The notes beneath the pieces are model-generated. The model was not told the DNA's origin. It made no database searches and was given only the letters and a program-made list of their open reading frames with translations. Shown piece by piece: positions 1 through 9,795 of a stretch of DNA of 64,000 bases. Position numbers and translations under genes: made by a program. Location: the NCBI GenBank assembly GCA_963713865.1, contig OY970208.1, positions 256,001 through 320,000 of the forward strand, read 5' to 3'. How positions within the stretch are numbered: the first letter of the stretch is position 1; each line of letters begins with the position of its first letter. This DNA comes from an uncultured candidate division Zixibacteria bacterium (GTDB lineage Bacteria > Zixibacteria > MSB-5A5 > RBG-16-43-9).

Positions 1-558
1 AGGTGGTTCTTCAGGAGCAATAGAGAGTTCTCGTCTCTCCTGAGCAGGTGCAGGAGGAGTTACTTCTTCAGAAAGAGGTCCAATCCTATGCTTTTGCATA
101 CGCAGAGGTCTCTCTCCTTTAAACCTTATCCTTTTTTCTATAATCCTCTTCCCTGCTGCCCGATGTAATCTTCTTTCCCTGATAGTTTGCAGCTGCTCTT
201 TGGTTAGGACCTCTCTTATAACCATTTTCCTTTCGAACTTCGCCTTTTGCAGTTTAGTTCTCAAATCCCCGATCTCATCCAGTTTCCGGTTAATCTTGGC
301 TTTATCCAGATCGTCCTGCTGCATTAACTCTCTTAATTCCAGATGAGCGATTTTCAAATCAGAGCTGAGCCGGATTTCATCTTTCCTTCCCTCCAGAGCC
401 GTACTCCTGATCTTTTCTTTCTGTTCCGGTGAAAGATTAAAGCCGGGCTTAGAGGGTTTTTCCCTTTTCGTCATTTGCGAGAAAGCTGAATTATAACAAA
501 GGAAAAGGGGTAGCATAACCACAATTAAAAGCAAGATCAGTTTCTTTTGGGTTATCAT
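1..558 (-). CDS. Spy/CpxP-like periplasmic helical protein (partial, runs off the window; not in ORF track)
   Basis: Hand translation from ATG at 558 with GGAGGTG RBS: MITQKKLILLLIVVMLPLFLC...FNLSPEQKEKIR...VLTKEQ; signal peptide plus two LTxEQ-type motifs; no stop before position 1. Confidence 0.75.
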   Translation of the reverse strand, partial: MITQKKLILLLIVVMLPLFLCYNSAFSQMTKREKPSKPGFNLSPEQKEKIRSTALEGRKDEIRLSSDLKIAHLELRELMQQDDLDKAKINRKLDEIGDLRTKLQKAKFERKMVIREVLTKEQLQTIRERRLHRAAGKRIIEKRIRFKGERPLRMQKHRIGPLSEEVTPPAPAQERRELSIAPEEPP

Positions 559-579
559 CTTTATCACCTCCTTCAGTTA

Positions 580-1182
580 TTATTCCCCAAAACTTCTTTT
601 TCCACGGTACTGACGAATAATATCCATCATCTTTTTTTCAAAGCTATCCTCAAAGAGCAAAAGCTTTGCCTGTTGTTCTAAGGTTAACAACTCCTTGGCC
701 TTTTCTCTGAATCTCTGCTGGACCTCCTCCAGGAAAATTCTTTCTTTTTCTAACTGGATTAAAATATCTTTTATCTTGCCTTCCTTAGGTTTCTCGTCTG
801 TTACTCTTCCCATTGTCGCATGACCTACTGCATCACCAGGAACTCTACCCTTTGTTCCTATTCTGGTCCCATCGTCTACTTCTACTTTTCCTAAAACAAT
901 CTCTAGTTCCCTGAAAAGATTTTCTCTTTTCTCCCGGAAAGTCTTTTGCGCTTTCTGTAACTCTCTCCAGGCTGGTAAAAATCTATCCGATTGTTCCTGA
1001 GATAGATTTAAAGCCTCTATCATCTTCCACATCTTCATCGTCTCAATCTCTTCTTTTAATCTCTCCCTTTTACCTTCTTCCGGGAAAGGAGGTCCGGGTG
1101 GTCCCTGGGCATAGAGGGTCTTTCCAGCTAAAAGAAAACTGAAAGCCAAGAGAAGCATAACCGATGATTTAATCTTTCTCAT
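580..1182 (-). CDS. Spy/CpxP-like exported helical protein
   Basis: Signal peptide, LNLSQEQ and LLTLEQ motifs, located in an ECF sigma/anti-sigma operon. Confidence 0.65.
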   Translation of the reverse strand: MRKIKSSVMLLLAFSFLLAGKTLYAQGPPGPPFPEEGKRERLKEEIETMKMWKMIEALNLSQEQSDRFLPAWRELQKAQKTFREKRENLFRELEIVLGKVEVDDGTRIGTKGRVPGDAVGHATMGRVTDEKPKEGKIKDILIQLEKERIFLEEVQQRFREKAKELLTLEQQAKLLLFEDSFEKKMMDIIRQYRGKRSFGE

Positions 1183-1817
1183 AAAATCTCCTTTTTAAAT
1201 TTTTCCTTTTCTAAGGTTTTCTTCAAATCCTCTAACTGTTTAATATCTAACTCCTCCAGGCTTTTTTCTTTTCCACCCTTTTCCCAGTAATATTCCTCTA
1301 ATTCCTCCTCTGCCAGAACTAACTTTTTTCTATCAGCTTCAGTGATAAGAGACCTGATCGAGCTTTCGTCCTCTTCAGCATAGAAAAGCTCCTCTATCTT
1401 CTCGTTTTCTGCTGGTAACAGGTAGGTATAGGACTCTGCTCCAGATCTGAACATAACCTTTCGGTCATTTCTCAATAGAAATACACCCAAGAGTAAAATC
1501 AAGAAGAAAGTAACAATCCCTCCAGCAAATTTCCACTTTGGAATAATTACACCCCCGGTTTCTTCTTTCTTTTCGATTTTTGATCTCACCGCAGGTACGA
1601 AATTAGTCCAGAAAAGCTCCTCTGCTTCAACTGGACTTTCCTTTTTGAGCATTTCAAAAGTCGAAACAATCTCCTCATACTCTTTCTGACACCTAGAGCA
1701 TGTATCCAGATGGTTCTGAACTAACTTTTTCTCCTCTAGAGAAAGATTATTTTCAAAATAACCAATCAGCTTAAATTTTATGTCTTTACATCTCATTTTC
1801 ATTCTACCATTCCTCAA
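1179..1817 (-). CDS. Zinc-binding (zf-HC2) anti-sigma factor; true start probably 1802 or 1796
   Basis: HLDTCSRC (HxxxCxxC) motif, one TM helix, directly downstream of the ECF sigma gene. Confidence 0.85.
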   Translation of the reverse strand: MRNGRMKMRCKDIKFKLIGYFENNLSLEEKKLVQNHLDTCSRCQKEYEEIVSTFEMLKKESPVEAEELFWTNFVPAVRSKIEKKEETGGVIIPKWKFAGGIVTFFLILLLGVFLLRNDRKVMFRSGAESYTYLLPAENEKIEELFYAEEDESSIRSLITEADRKKLVLAEEELEEYYWEKGGKEKSLEELDIKQLEDLKKTLEKEKFKKEIL

Positions 1818-2355
1818 AATGAGCTAAAGATTTTTTGAGCTTTTTTAAAGCTTGAAAATAATTGGCTTTAACAGCACCTTCGCTTTTACCCATAACTTCA
1901 GCTATCTCTGAATATTGTAATTCCTGATAATGCCTTAAAACGAAAACTGCCTTTTGCTTTTTGGGCAGATTTAAGACCGCCTGGTCAATTGCTTTATCCA
2001 GCTCCTTTTTCTCAAAGTCCTTAAGAGGAGAATCAGAGGACGGGACTGGTTGAGTTAAATCTGGTAGCGAGATAAAGGACCTGAACTTGTCTCTCTGGGT
2101 AAAATTCAAGCTCAGGTTTACCGCTATGCGATGAAGCCAGGTGGAAAAGTTGGACTCCCCTCTAAAATCTTTTAAGGAATGATATACTTTAACAAAAACT
2201 TCCTGGGCTAAGTCCATAGCATCCTCCTTATTGCGCACCATTCTGAAAACCAGATTGAAAATCCTTTTCTTGTATAGATTAACCAGCTCATTAAAAGCCT
2301 TCTCCTCTCCCTGTTTAAACCTCCGGATTAATTCCTGAGTAATTCCCTCATTCAT
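1804..2355 (-). CDS. ECF RNA polymerase sigma-70 factor
   Basis: DAMDLAQEVF, FSTWLHRIAVN, YSEIAEVMG...VK region 2 and region 4 motifs. Confidence 0.95.
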   Translation of the reverse strand: MNEGITQELIRRFKQGEEKAFNELVNLYKKRIFNLVFRMVRNKEDAMDLAQEVFVKVYHSLKDFRGESNFSTWLHRIAVNLSLNFTQRDKFRSFISLPDLTQPVPSSDSPLKDFEKKELDKAIDQAVLNLPKKQKAVFVLRHYQELQYSEIAEVMGKSEGAVKANYFQALKKLKKSLAHFEEW

Positions 2356-2374
2356 CTCTTATCTTTCTATATAT

Positions 2375-2402
2375 TTTGACACCAGAGTAACCTAAAAAGT
2401 TT
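2375..2402 (-). promoter_or_regulatory. Putative autoregulatory ECF promoter AAACTT-N16-GTCAAA
   Basis: Resembles the sigmaE-type GAACTT-N16-GTCAA consensus, about 20 nt upstream of the sigma start. Confidence 0.55.
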
Positions 2403-2415
2403 AATCAAATAATAA

Positions 2416-2436
2416 AGGGCAAACCGGGTTTGCCCT
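2416..2436 (-). terminator. Intrinsic terminator after mreB
   Basis: AGGGCAAAC-cgg-GTTTGCCCT perfect stem followed by a T-rich tract on the minus strand. Confidence 0.7.
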
Positions 2437-2480
2437 GTCTTTTCCAAATAATAACCACTGATCACTGAGAACTGTTTTAA

Positions 2481-3548
<1,068 letters not shown>

Positions 3549-3577
3549 TTACGAGGAGCTAAGTCCGGCGCCCTATC

Positions 3578-4600
3578 CTACGGATCAGTAGGACGGACGG
3601 GCAGGCTCGTAGCCGCCGTATCCGCCTCAGATGAATTATCAGCTTTCTCCTTTCCTAAATAGATATATCGGCGAATTAAAGGAACCCAATCGCTCCATTT
3701 TTTATCGGTTTTACCCTGGTGGCTCTCACGGTGGATGATTTCTGTAAATGCTCCGGCTTTGGCATCCATCTCATCTGCGTAATACAGGATAACTGCTTCC
3801 AGGGTTTGCGGTACGACTGGAGAAGCAAATTCTAACTGTCCCTGATGAGACAGTACCAGATGCCTTAGCTGTAAAGCCAGTCCCTCCGGGAAATCTTCAA
3901 CTTTTTTTATCTTATCCCGGACAATCTCATCCCCGGAGATAATATGTCCTAATAGCCTACCCTCGTCTGTGAAATCTATAAAACCGGTAATGGAATAAGT
4001 AAAAATCTTACCTATATCGTGAAGTAATGCACCAGTAATAAGTAAATCCCTGTCAACCAATTCATACAAATCTGCTGCCTTTTCGCAGAACTCTACCACT
4101 TTTAAAGTATGTTCCAAAAGCCCGCCTAAATAGGAATGATGCCAGAGCTTTGCACCCGGGGCTATCTTCAGCTTATCGATTAACTTATCATCCTCCAAGA
4201 TTAAATTCAATAACCTTCTTAAATAAGGGCTGGTTATACTTTCTGCTTTTTCCTTGAACTTCTCAAAAAGAATATCCAGAGCTACCTGAGAGCGGGGCAA
4301 AAAATCTAAAGGATCGCTCTCACCCTCTTTAACCTTTCTTAACTTATCGATTTTTATCTCCAAACCATCTTTATAGGTTATAGCCATCCCTTTGACCTTA
4401 ACGATCTCCCCGGTTTCAGCCTCAGAATAAGATTCTTCTGCTTTCTCCCACAATACCGCATCAATCCTGCCAGAAGGGTCTCCCAATTCCAGTTTCAGAT
4501 ATTTCTGACCGTTATACTCCTTGAGCTCTTTTTTCCTGAGCACGAAGAAATCGACCACTTCGGTCCCGGGCTTCAAATCTTTTATCCAGATATTTTTCAT
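3578..4600 (-). CDS. yhaM: OB-fold + HD domain 3'-5' exoribonuclease (YhaM/Cbf1 family)
   Basis: N-terminal OB fold, HHSYLGGLLEH, LLHDIGK and SHQG motifs. Confidence 0.85.
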   Translation of the reverse strand: MKNIWIKDLKPGTEVVDFFVLRKKELKEYNGQKYLKLELGDPSGRIDAVLWEKAEESYSEAETGEIVKVKGMAITYKDGLEIKIDKLRKVKEGESDPLDFLPRSQVALDILFEKFKEKAESITSPYLRRLLNLILEDDKLIDKLKIAPGAKLWHHSYLGGLLEHTLKVVEFCEKAADLYELVDRDLLITGALLHDIGKIFTYSITGFIDFTDEGRLLGHIISGDEIVRDKIKKVEDFPEGLALQLRHLVLSHQGQLEFASPVVPQTLEAVILYYADEMDAKAGAFTEIIHRESHQGKTDKKWSDWVPLIRRYIYLGKEKADNSSEADTAATSLPVRPTDP

Positions 4601-4805
4601 AACCTATCCGCCAAAGGTGGATTTAAAAATACCAAAATCCTCAAACAAAAGTCAAGCAGAAAATAGTTGTTTTCCATAAAGGGGATGGAGCTTGATTTCA
4701 TCTTTATCTCTTATATGGGAAAGGCTACCATTGCTGATAATTGGGAAAGGTGACTTTAACCTTAAAGAGACTTTAGGTGAAATCATAATATTCTCAATTA
4801 TAACA

Positions 4806-4834
4806 AAAAAGCCCATCCCTTGGATGGGCTTTTT
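4806..4834. terminator. Bidirectional intrinsic terminator after the S8 protease gene
   Basis: AAAAAGCCCATCC-ctt-GGATGGGCTTTTT. Confidence 0.85.
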
Positions 4835-4847
4835 AGTCTCTTTTCAA

Positions 4848-6455
4848 TTAAGGGAAACAGGCTGAACAACAGAAAGCTGGTGGAGAACCATTTTTGTAAA
4901 GAAAATTGTTTAAATATACTATATCACCTATACTAACACGCCCATCTCCGTTGCAATCCCCTTTGCCTGGAGCAGGTGGAGGCCCACCTTTAAATAGATA
5001 ATTTATCAGGTAAACCATATCACTAATATCGATCTTCTTATCATTGTTCACATCACCTGTATTTATGGTAACCAGTGCATTCCAGGAATCTACTCTTCCA
5101 TGACCTAACTTAGGTCTTAAATAAGTCGGGTAAACATTGGGATCTGCGGTAGCCTCTAAAACAGACCTGACCTGGGCATTTGTAAAATTAGGGCAGGCAG
5201 ACCAAATTAATGCCGCCACACCTGACACTAAAGGTGCAGAAAATGAAGTCCCTTCATTATATACATAGCCAAAATATTTACCCCCTAATCTAGCAGGGGC
5301 ATAGGTAGAACAAGGAGCACAAAGGTCAACCCAAGTACCATAGTTTGAATAGTCCGTTTTTGTATCACTAGAATTAGTAGCTGCGACACCTATTACATTT
5401 GTATACGAACCTGGATATATAGGTGTCTCGGACCAATTGTTACCGGCTGAAGCCACCAAGAGCAAACCAGCCTGATAGGCTAAGTTTACCGCTAATTCTA
5501 AGCTTGGAGGATTAGGAGGAGGATAATGCCAACTCATATTAATAATTTTTGCCCCGTTATCACGGGCATAAGCTATACCGTCAATGGATTTAGCCAATAC
5601 CACATCAGCTTTGTATATCATAAGTTTAGGGTACCAGATTGCTCCTGCGACCCCGCGATTGTTGTTGGTAAGAGCTCCAGAAGTCCCACCAACCTGATTT
5701 CCGTGGTCGCTTAACTCTGGGAGTAAGAAGCTCAGGCAGTCTGGGTTATTATCATACTCATACTGGTCCCAACCTACAAAATCATCATAATACCCATTGA
5801 AGTCATTATCTATACCATTTACATCACCTGGATCAAAAATCCATCTTCCACTTACTGAGTCCCACTCTAAGGTATGTCCGTCTCCATCCGAATCCTCACC
5901 CAAATTCTGCCAGATATTAGTATAAGCTGAATCCCCGAAATCGGGATGATACCAGTCCAAACCACTATCGTGGATTAAAATAATCACTGATGAATCCCCT
6001 TTTTCCAGATTCCAGGCACTTTCAGATTTGATTTTTGGTAGCCCCCACTGATTATAGTAAAAGGGATCGTTGGGTACAATATCTATCTGACCAATGTAAT
6101 TCGGGTCCACCAGCAAAATGTGTGGATCCGTGGAGTAAATGGAAGCCAGGTTAGATACATCTAAGGTGTCAGAGAACTTTAAAAGATAAAAACCCTGAAC
6201 CGCACTCCATTTTCCTTTATAGATTTTCTCCAGAGCATAAGATTTAAAAAGAATATTCAAGCTATCTAAGGAGCCTAAATTGGTTATTAAAGAATCATTT
6301 CTAATAACAGGATTGATAGGCAGATATTCATTTTTAATGACAATTATTAACTGCCCCGGAACATAATTCTGAGAGAAAAGAGGACTTGAGGAAAGAAATA
6401 AGCTTAGAAGGGAAATGGTGCAAATCCCTGCAAATAGTATTTTACTTTTCAACAT
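4848..6455 (-). CDS. Secreted S8 (subtilisin-like) serine protease with C-terminal dockerin domain
   Basis: Signal peptide; triad motifs HDSG, DHGNQVGG, GTSFSAP; duplicated GDVNND/GDCNGDG...DxVYLxNxL dockerin repeats. Confidence 0.9.
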   Translation of the reverse strand: MLKSKILFAGICTISLLSLFLSSSPLFSQNYVPGQLIIVIKNEYLPINPVIRNDSLITNLGSLDSLNILFKSYALEKIYKGKWSAVQGFYLLKFSDTLDVSNLASIYSTDPHILLVDPNYIGQIDIVPNDPFYYNQWGLPKIKSESAWNLEKGDSSVIILIHDSGLDWYHPDFGDSAYTNIWQNLGEDSDGDGHTLEWDSVSGRWIFDPGDVNGIDNDFNGYYDDFVGWDQYEYDNNPDCLSFLLPELSDHGNQVGGTSGALTNNNRGVAGAIWYPKLMIYKADVVLAKSIDGIAYARDNGAKIINMSWHYPPPNPPSLELAVNLAYQAGLLLVASAGNNWSETPIYPGSYTNVIGVAATNSSDTKTDYSNYGTWVDLCAPCSTYAPARLGGKYFGYVYNEGTSFSAPLVSGVAALIWSACPNFTNAQVRSVLEATADPNVYPTYLRPKLGHGRVDSWNALVTINTGDVNNDKKIDISDMVYLINYLFKGGPPPAPGKGDCNGDGRVSIGDIVYLNNFLYKNGSPPAFCCSACFP

Positions 6456-6494
6456 CTTAAACCCCTCCCTACGGGTCGTGAAGCTTTTATCGAC

Positions 6495-7991
6495 CTATCT
6501 GATTAAAAGCATTTTCTTTGAATCTTTAAACTTATCACAGCTTAAAACATAGAAGTATATACCACTCTTTACCTCCTTTCCATCCTCGTCTTTTCCATCC
6601 CAGCTCACCTGATAATCCCCGGGCATCTTTTCCCCATCTACCAATGTCCTCACCAACTGCCCCAGGATATTATAAATCTTCAGGGTGGTGTGGATGGTAC
6701 TATGAACTATGAACCGCGAACCATAGACAGTAAAGGGTATGGTGGTGTTGGGGTTAAAAGGATTGGGATAGTTTTGATTAAGTTGAAAATTTAAAGGTCT
6801 TTCCGGATTATCCGGAGAGACAAATCCTGGGCTGGGTCCAAAATAGTAGATCTCTGCTGAATCCGTTAATACATAATTGAAGGAAGAGTACCCTATAAAT
6901 GCGGCATACCCTTTTCCATCAGAATCCAGTACAAAAAGAGGGTATTCGGGATAATAAGTGTTATCCAGTATCTGGGTAGATTCCCAGTATCCTTTTTTCT
7001 TGTTGGCATAATAGTAGTTGGCCAGACTCACAATCCCCCAAATGACATGCGGCTCGACGAGACTGTCCACAAACAGCCATCCCCACATCCCAATACCGGT
7101 TATCACCTCTGGTGGATTCCATTGCGTGTTTGTGCTGTCCCGATAGTAGTAATAGGTCGTGAAATCTGGGTCCAGATATGGATACAGAATATTTGAGCCC
7201 CTCAAGAGCATATGAAGAGAATTGTTCTTGCCTATCTTGAAATTCTGCACTACATTCCAGTAAAAAGGATAGGCTAAACTATCCTTTGTCCAGTTGGTTC
7301 CACCCATTGTGTCGTTGACTACATGAAAAAGAAAGTCAGTTCCATAATATAGGATATGAACTCGCCCACCTTTTTCTACCGCCATGGGCGACATCACAGA
7401 TGTTCCTCCGACAACCAAAATCTCCGGTGACACCTGCTGTTTCACCCACTGTCCAGTTGAATTAGTCATATACATCACATGATAATATCTCACACCTGCA
7501 ATGTAATAATCATAGCTCCAGCTAAAATGCACATTCCCCAGAGAATCACAGAACAGGTTATCTCCGGCAAGGTAGTGTGCATTGGAGTCTATCTTTGCCA
7601 CTTCCCAGTTTAAAGTGTTGTTGGTATAATAGAGAGTATCTCCATAGGCATAAAGACAATGTATTACACCATTACGTATGTCAATCCCAAATCTGTGGCG
7701 ACCATAAAGCGTACTTTTAAATCCAGGATTCCCGATCTCAAGCGGCATTGACCAGCTACTACCCTTTTCCCTGGTTATAAGTAAGTCAGTTACGTTTGTC
7801 GTATAAGGCTTTGGGTCCTGTAAATAGATTAAATAGATTTTATCGTTTTTGTCTATCTCCATAATAGCATATAATCTGTTTTCATATATATCCGTCGTTA
7901 ATCGAGAAATCTGAGCACCCTCCCACTGGGCAAGAGCTATAGCTGGAAAGAGAAATAAAAGGCAAAAGTTTAAATAAATCAATTTTCTCAT
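6495..7991 (-). CDS. Secreted beta-propeller-like protein with T9SS type A/FlgD-Ig C-terminal sorting domain (copy A)
   Basis: Signal peptide; repeated D..G.(V/P)H..(W/Y) blades; QNYPNPFNP...IYNILGQLVRTL...WDGKD...SGIYF...KMLLIR. Confidence 0.85.
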   Translation of the reverse strand: MRKLIYLNFCLLFLFPAIALAQWEGAQISRLTTDIYENRLYAIMEIDKNDKIYLIYLQDPKPYTTNVTDLLITREKGSSWSMPLEIGNPGFKSTLYGRHRFGIDIRNGVIHCLYAYGDTLYYTNNTLNWEVAKIDSNAHYLAGDNLFCDSLGNVHFSWSYDYYIAGVRYYHVMYMTNSTGQWVKQQVSPEILVVGGTSVMSPMAVEKGGRVHILYYGTDFLFHVVNDTMGGTNWTKDSLAYPFYWNVVQNFKIGKNNSLHMLLRGSNILYPYLDPDFTTYYYYRDSTNTQWNPPEVITGIGMWGWLFVDSLVEPHVIWGIVSLANYYYANKKKGYWESTQILDNTYYPEYPLFVLDSDGKGYAAFIGYSSFNYVLTDSAEIYYFGPSPGFVSPDNPERPLNFQLNQNYPNPFNPNTTIPFTVYGSRFIVHSTIHTTLKIYNILGQLVRTLVDGEKMPGDYQVSWDGKDEDGKEVKSGIYFYVLSCDKFKDSKKMLLIR

Positions 7992-8041
7992 AGTTTAAAC
8001 CCTGTTATTGTTAATTGAAAAACTTTTTCCTTTTCAAGAAT

Positions 8042-8070
8042 ACTTTACATTGAGAAAAAGCTTTTGTCAA
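8042..8070 (-). promoter_or_regulatory. Sigma70-type promoter TTGACA-N17-TAAAGT for copy A
   Basis: Consensus match about 50 nt upstream of the ATG; duplicated at 9681-9708. Confidence 0.65.
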
Positions 8071-8157
8071 GGAAAAAATGGTGCAAATCCCTGCAAATAG
8101 TATTTTACTTTTCAACATCTTAAACCCCTCCCTACGGGTCGTAAGGCTTTTATCGAC

Positions 8158-9630
8158 CTATCTGATTAAAAGCATTTTCCTTGAATCTTTAAACTTATCA
8201 CATCTTAAAACATAGAAGTATATACCACTCTTCACCTCCTTCCCATTCTGGTCTTTACCATCCCAGTTAATCTGATACTCCCCGGAAATCTTTTCCTCAT
8301 CCACCAACGTTCTCACCAACTGCCCAAGGATATTATAAATCTTCAGGGTGGTGTGGATGGGATTATGAACTATGAACTGCGAACCATAGACAGTGAAGGG
8401 TATGGTGGTGTTGGGGTTAAAAGGATTGGGATAGTTTTGTTTAAGTTGAAAACTTGAAGGCCTTTCCGGATTATCCGGAGAGACAAATCCTGGGCTGGGT
8501 CCAAAATAGTAGATCTCTGCTGAATCCGTTAATACATAAGGATACCCTATAAATGCAGCATACCCTTTTCCATCTGAATCTAATACAAATTGGACCCTCG
8601 AAGGAAAATAGGTATTATCCAGTATCGAAGTAGATTCCCAGTAACCTTTCTTCTTGTTGGCATAGTAATAAACACCCCAGCTCACATGTGGCTCTCCAGA
8701 ACTGTCCAGAAATAACCAATAACCCCTTCCCCTGTCCGTTACCTGCTCTGGTGTAATCCAATCTCCGGTACTACTATGCCGATAGTAATACCAGGTAGAA
8801 AAATCGTCATCCTGAATGGGATAGGGGATATCCGAACCGATAAAAAGCATATGCATAGAATTATCTTTATCTATCCTGAAATCGCTTACCTCATTCCAAC
8901 AGCAAAAAGGATAAGACAGGCTATCTTCGGTCCAGTTAGTGCCGCCAAGAGTATCATTTACAATATGATAAATAAAATCACTGGTATAATAGATGATATG
9001 AGCTCTCCCACCTTTCTCCACTACCATCCGAGGTGCAAAAAAAGAGCCCGCAACACCGATGTAGATCTCGGGTGAGACCTGCTGTTTAATCCACTGGCCG
9101 CTTGCATTGGTCATATACATCACATGATAATATCTAATACCTGAGACGTAATATTCAGACTTCCAAGAGAAATGCACATTCCCCAAGGAATCACAGAATA
9201 GTCTATCACCCCCTGAGTAGTTAGCATTGGAATCTATCTTTGCCACTTCCCAGTTTAAAGTGTTGTTGGTATAAAAAAGAGTGTCTCCATAAGCATAAAG
9301 GCAATGTATTACGCCGTTACGCAGGTCAATTCCAAATCTGTGGTGATATTTCAGTGTATTTTTATAAGCCGGATTCCCAATCTCAACTGGGACTGACCAG
9401 TTACTGCCTTTTTCCTTGGTTAAAAGAAATTCAGTTATAGTAGGATAAGGCCTTGCGTTCTGCCAATAGATTAAATAGATTTTATCGTTTTTATCTATCT
9501 CCATATTGACTAATCCGTTATCATACACATCATTTGATAATCGAGAAATTTGAGCACCCTCCCACTGAGCAAAAGCTATAGCTGGAAAGAGAAATAAAAG
9601 AAAAAAGTTTAAATAAATTAATTTTCTCAT
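8158..9630 (-). CDS. Secreted beta-propeller-like protein with T9SS type A/FlgD-Ig C-terminal sorting domain (copy B)
   Basis: Paralog of 6495..7991 with the same architecture. Confidence 0.85.
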   Translation of the reverse strand: MRKLIYLNFFLLFLFPAIAFAQWEGAQISRLSNDVYDNGLVNMEIDKNDKIYLIYWQNARPYPTITEFLLTKEKGSNWSVPVEIGNPAYKNTLKYHHRFGIDLRNGVIHCLYAYGDTLFYTNNTLNWEVAKIDSNANYSGGDRLFCDSLGNVHFSWKSEYYVSGIRYYHVMYMTNASGQWIKQQVSPEIYIGVAGSFFAPRMVVEKGGRAHIIYYTSDFIYHIVNDTLGGTNWTEDSLSYPFCCWNEVSDFRIDKDNSMHMLFIGSDIPYPIQDDDFSTWYYYRHSSTGDWITPEQVTDRGRGYWLFLDSSGEPHVSWGVYYYANKKKGYWESTSILDNTYFPSRVQFVLDSDGKGYAAFIGYPYVLTDSAEIYYFGPSPGFVSPDNPERPSSFQLKQNYPNPFNPNTTIPFTVYGSQFIVHNPIHTTLKIYNILGQLVRTLVDEEKISGEYQINWDGKDQNGKEVKSGIYFYVLRCDKFKDSRKMLLIR

Positions 9631-9680
9631 AGTTTAAACCCTGTTATTGTTAATTAAAAAATTCTTTCCTTTTCAAGAAT

Positions 9681-9708
9681 ACTTTACATTGAGAAAAGGC
9701 TTTGTCAA
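9681..9708 (-). promoter_or_regulatory. Sigma70-type promoter TTGACA-N16-TAAAGT for copy B
   Basis: Consensus match; copy of 8042-8070 with a spacer one nt shorter. Confidence 0.6.
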
Positions 9709-9795
9709 GGAAAAAATGGAAAAAAACTGTTGTTAAAAAACCAACCGGGGATTATATTTGAAAAAATTGGAGAGTATATCGAAGGTGGTTAGCTG

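Larger units (their letters stand above)
6413..9719. repeat. Tandem duplication of about 1.66 kb (6413-8081 and 8076-9719) covering promoter, gene and the first 14 codons of the S8 gene
   Basis: Near-identical upstream regions, signal peptides, C-terminal domains and downstream intergenic DNA; AAATGG at 6413, 8076 and 9714. Confidence 0.9.
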
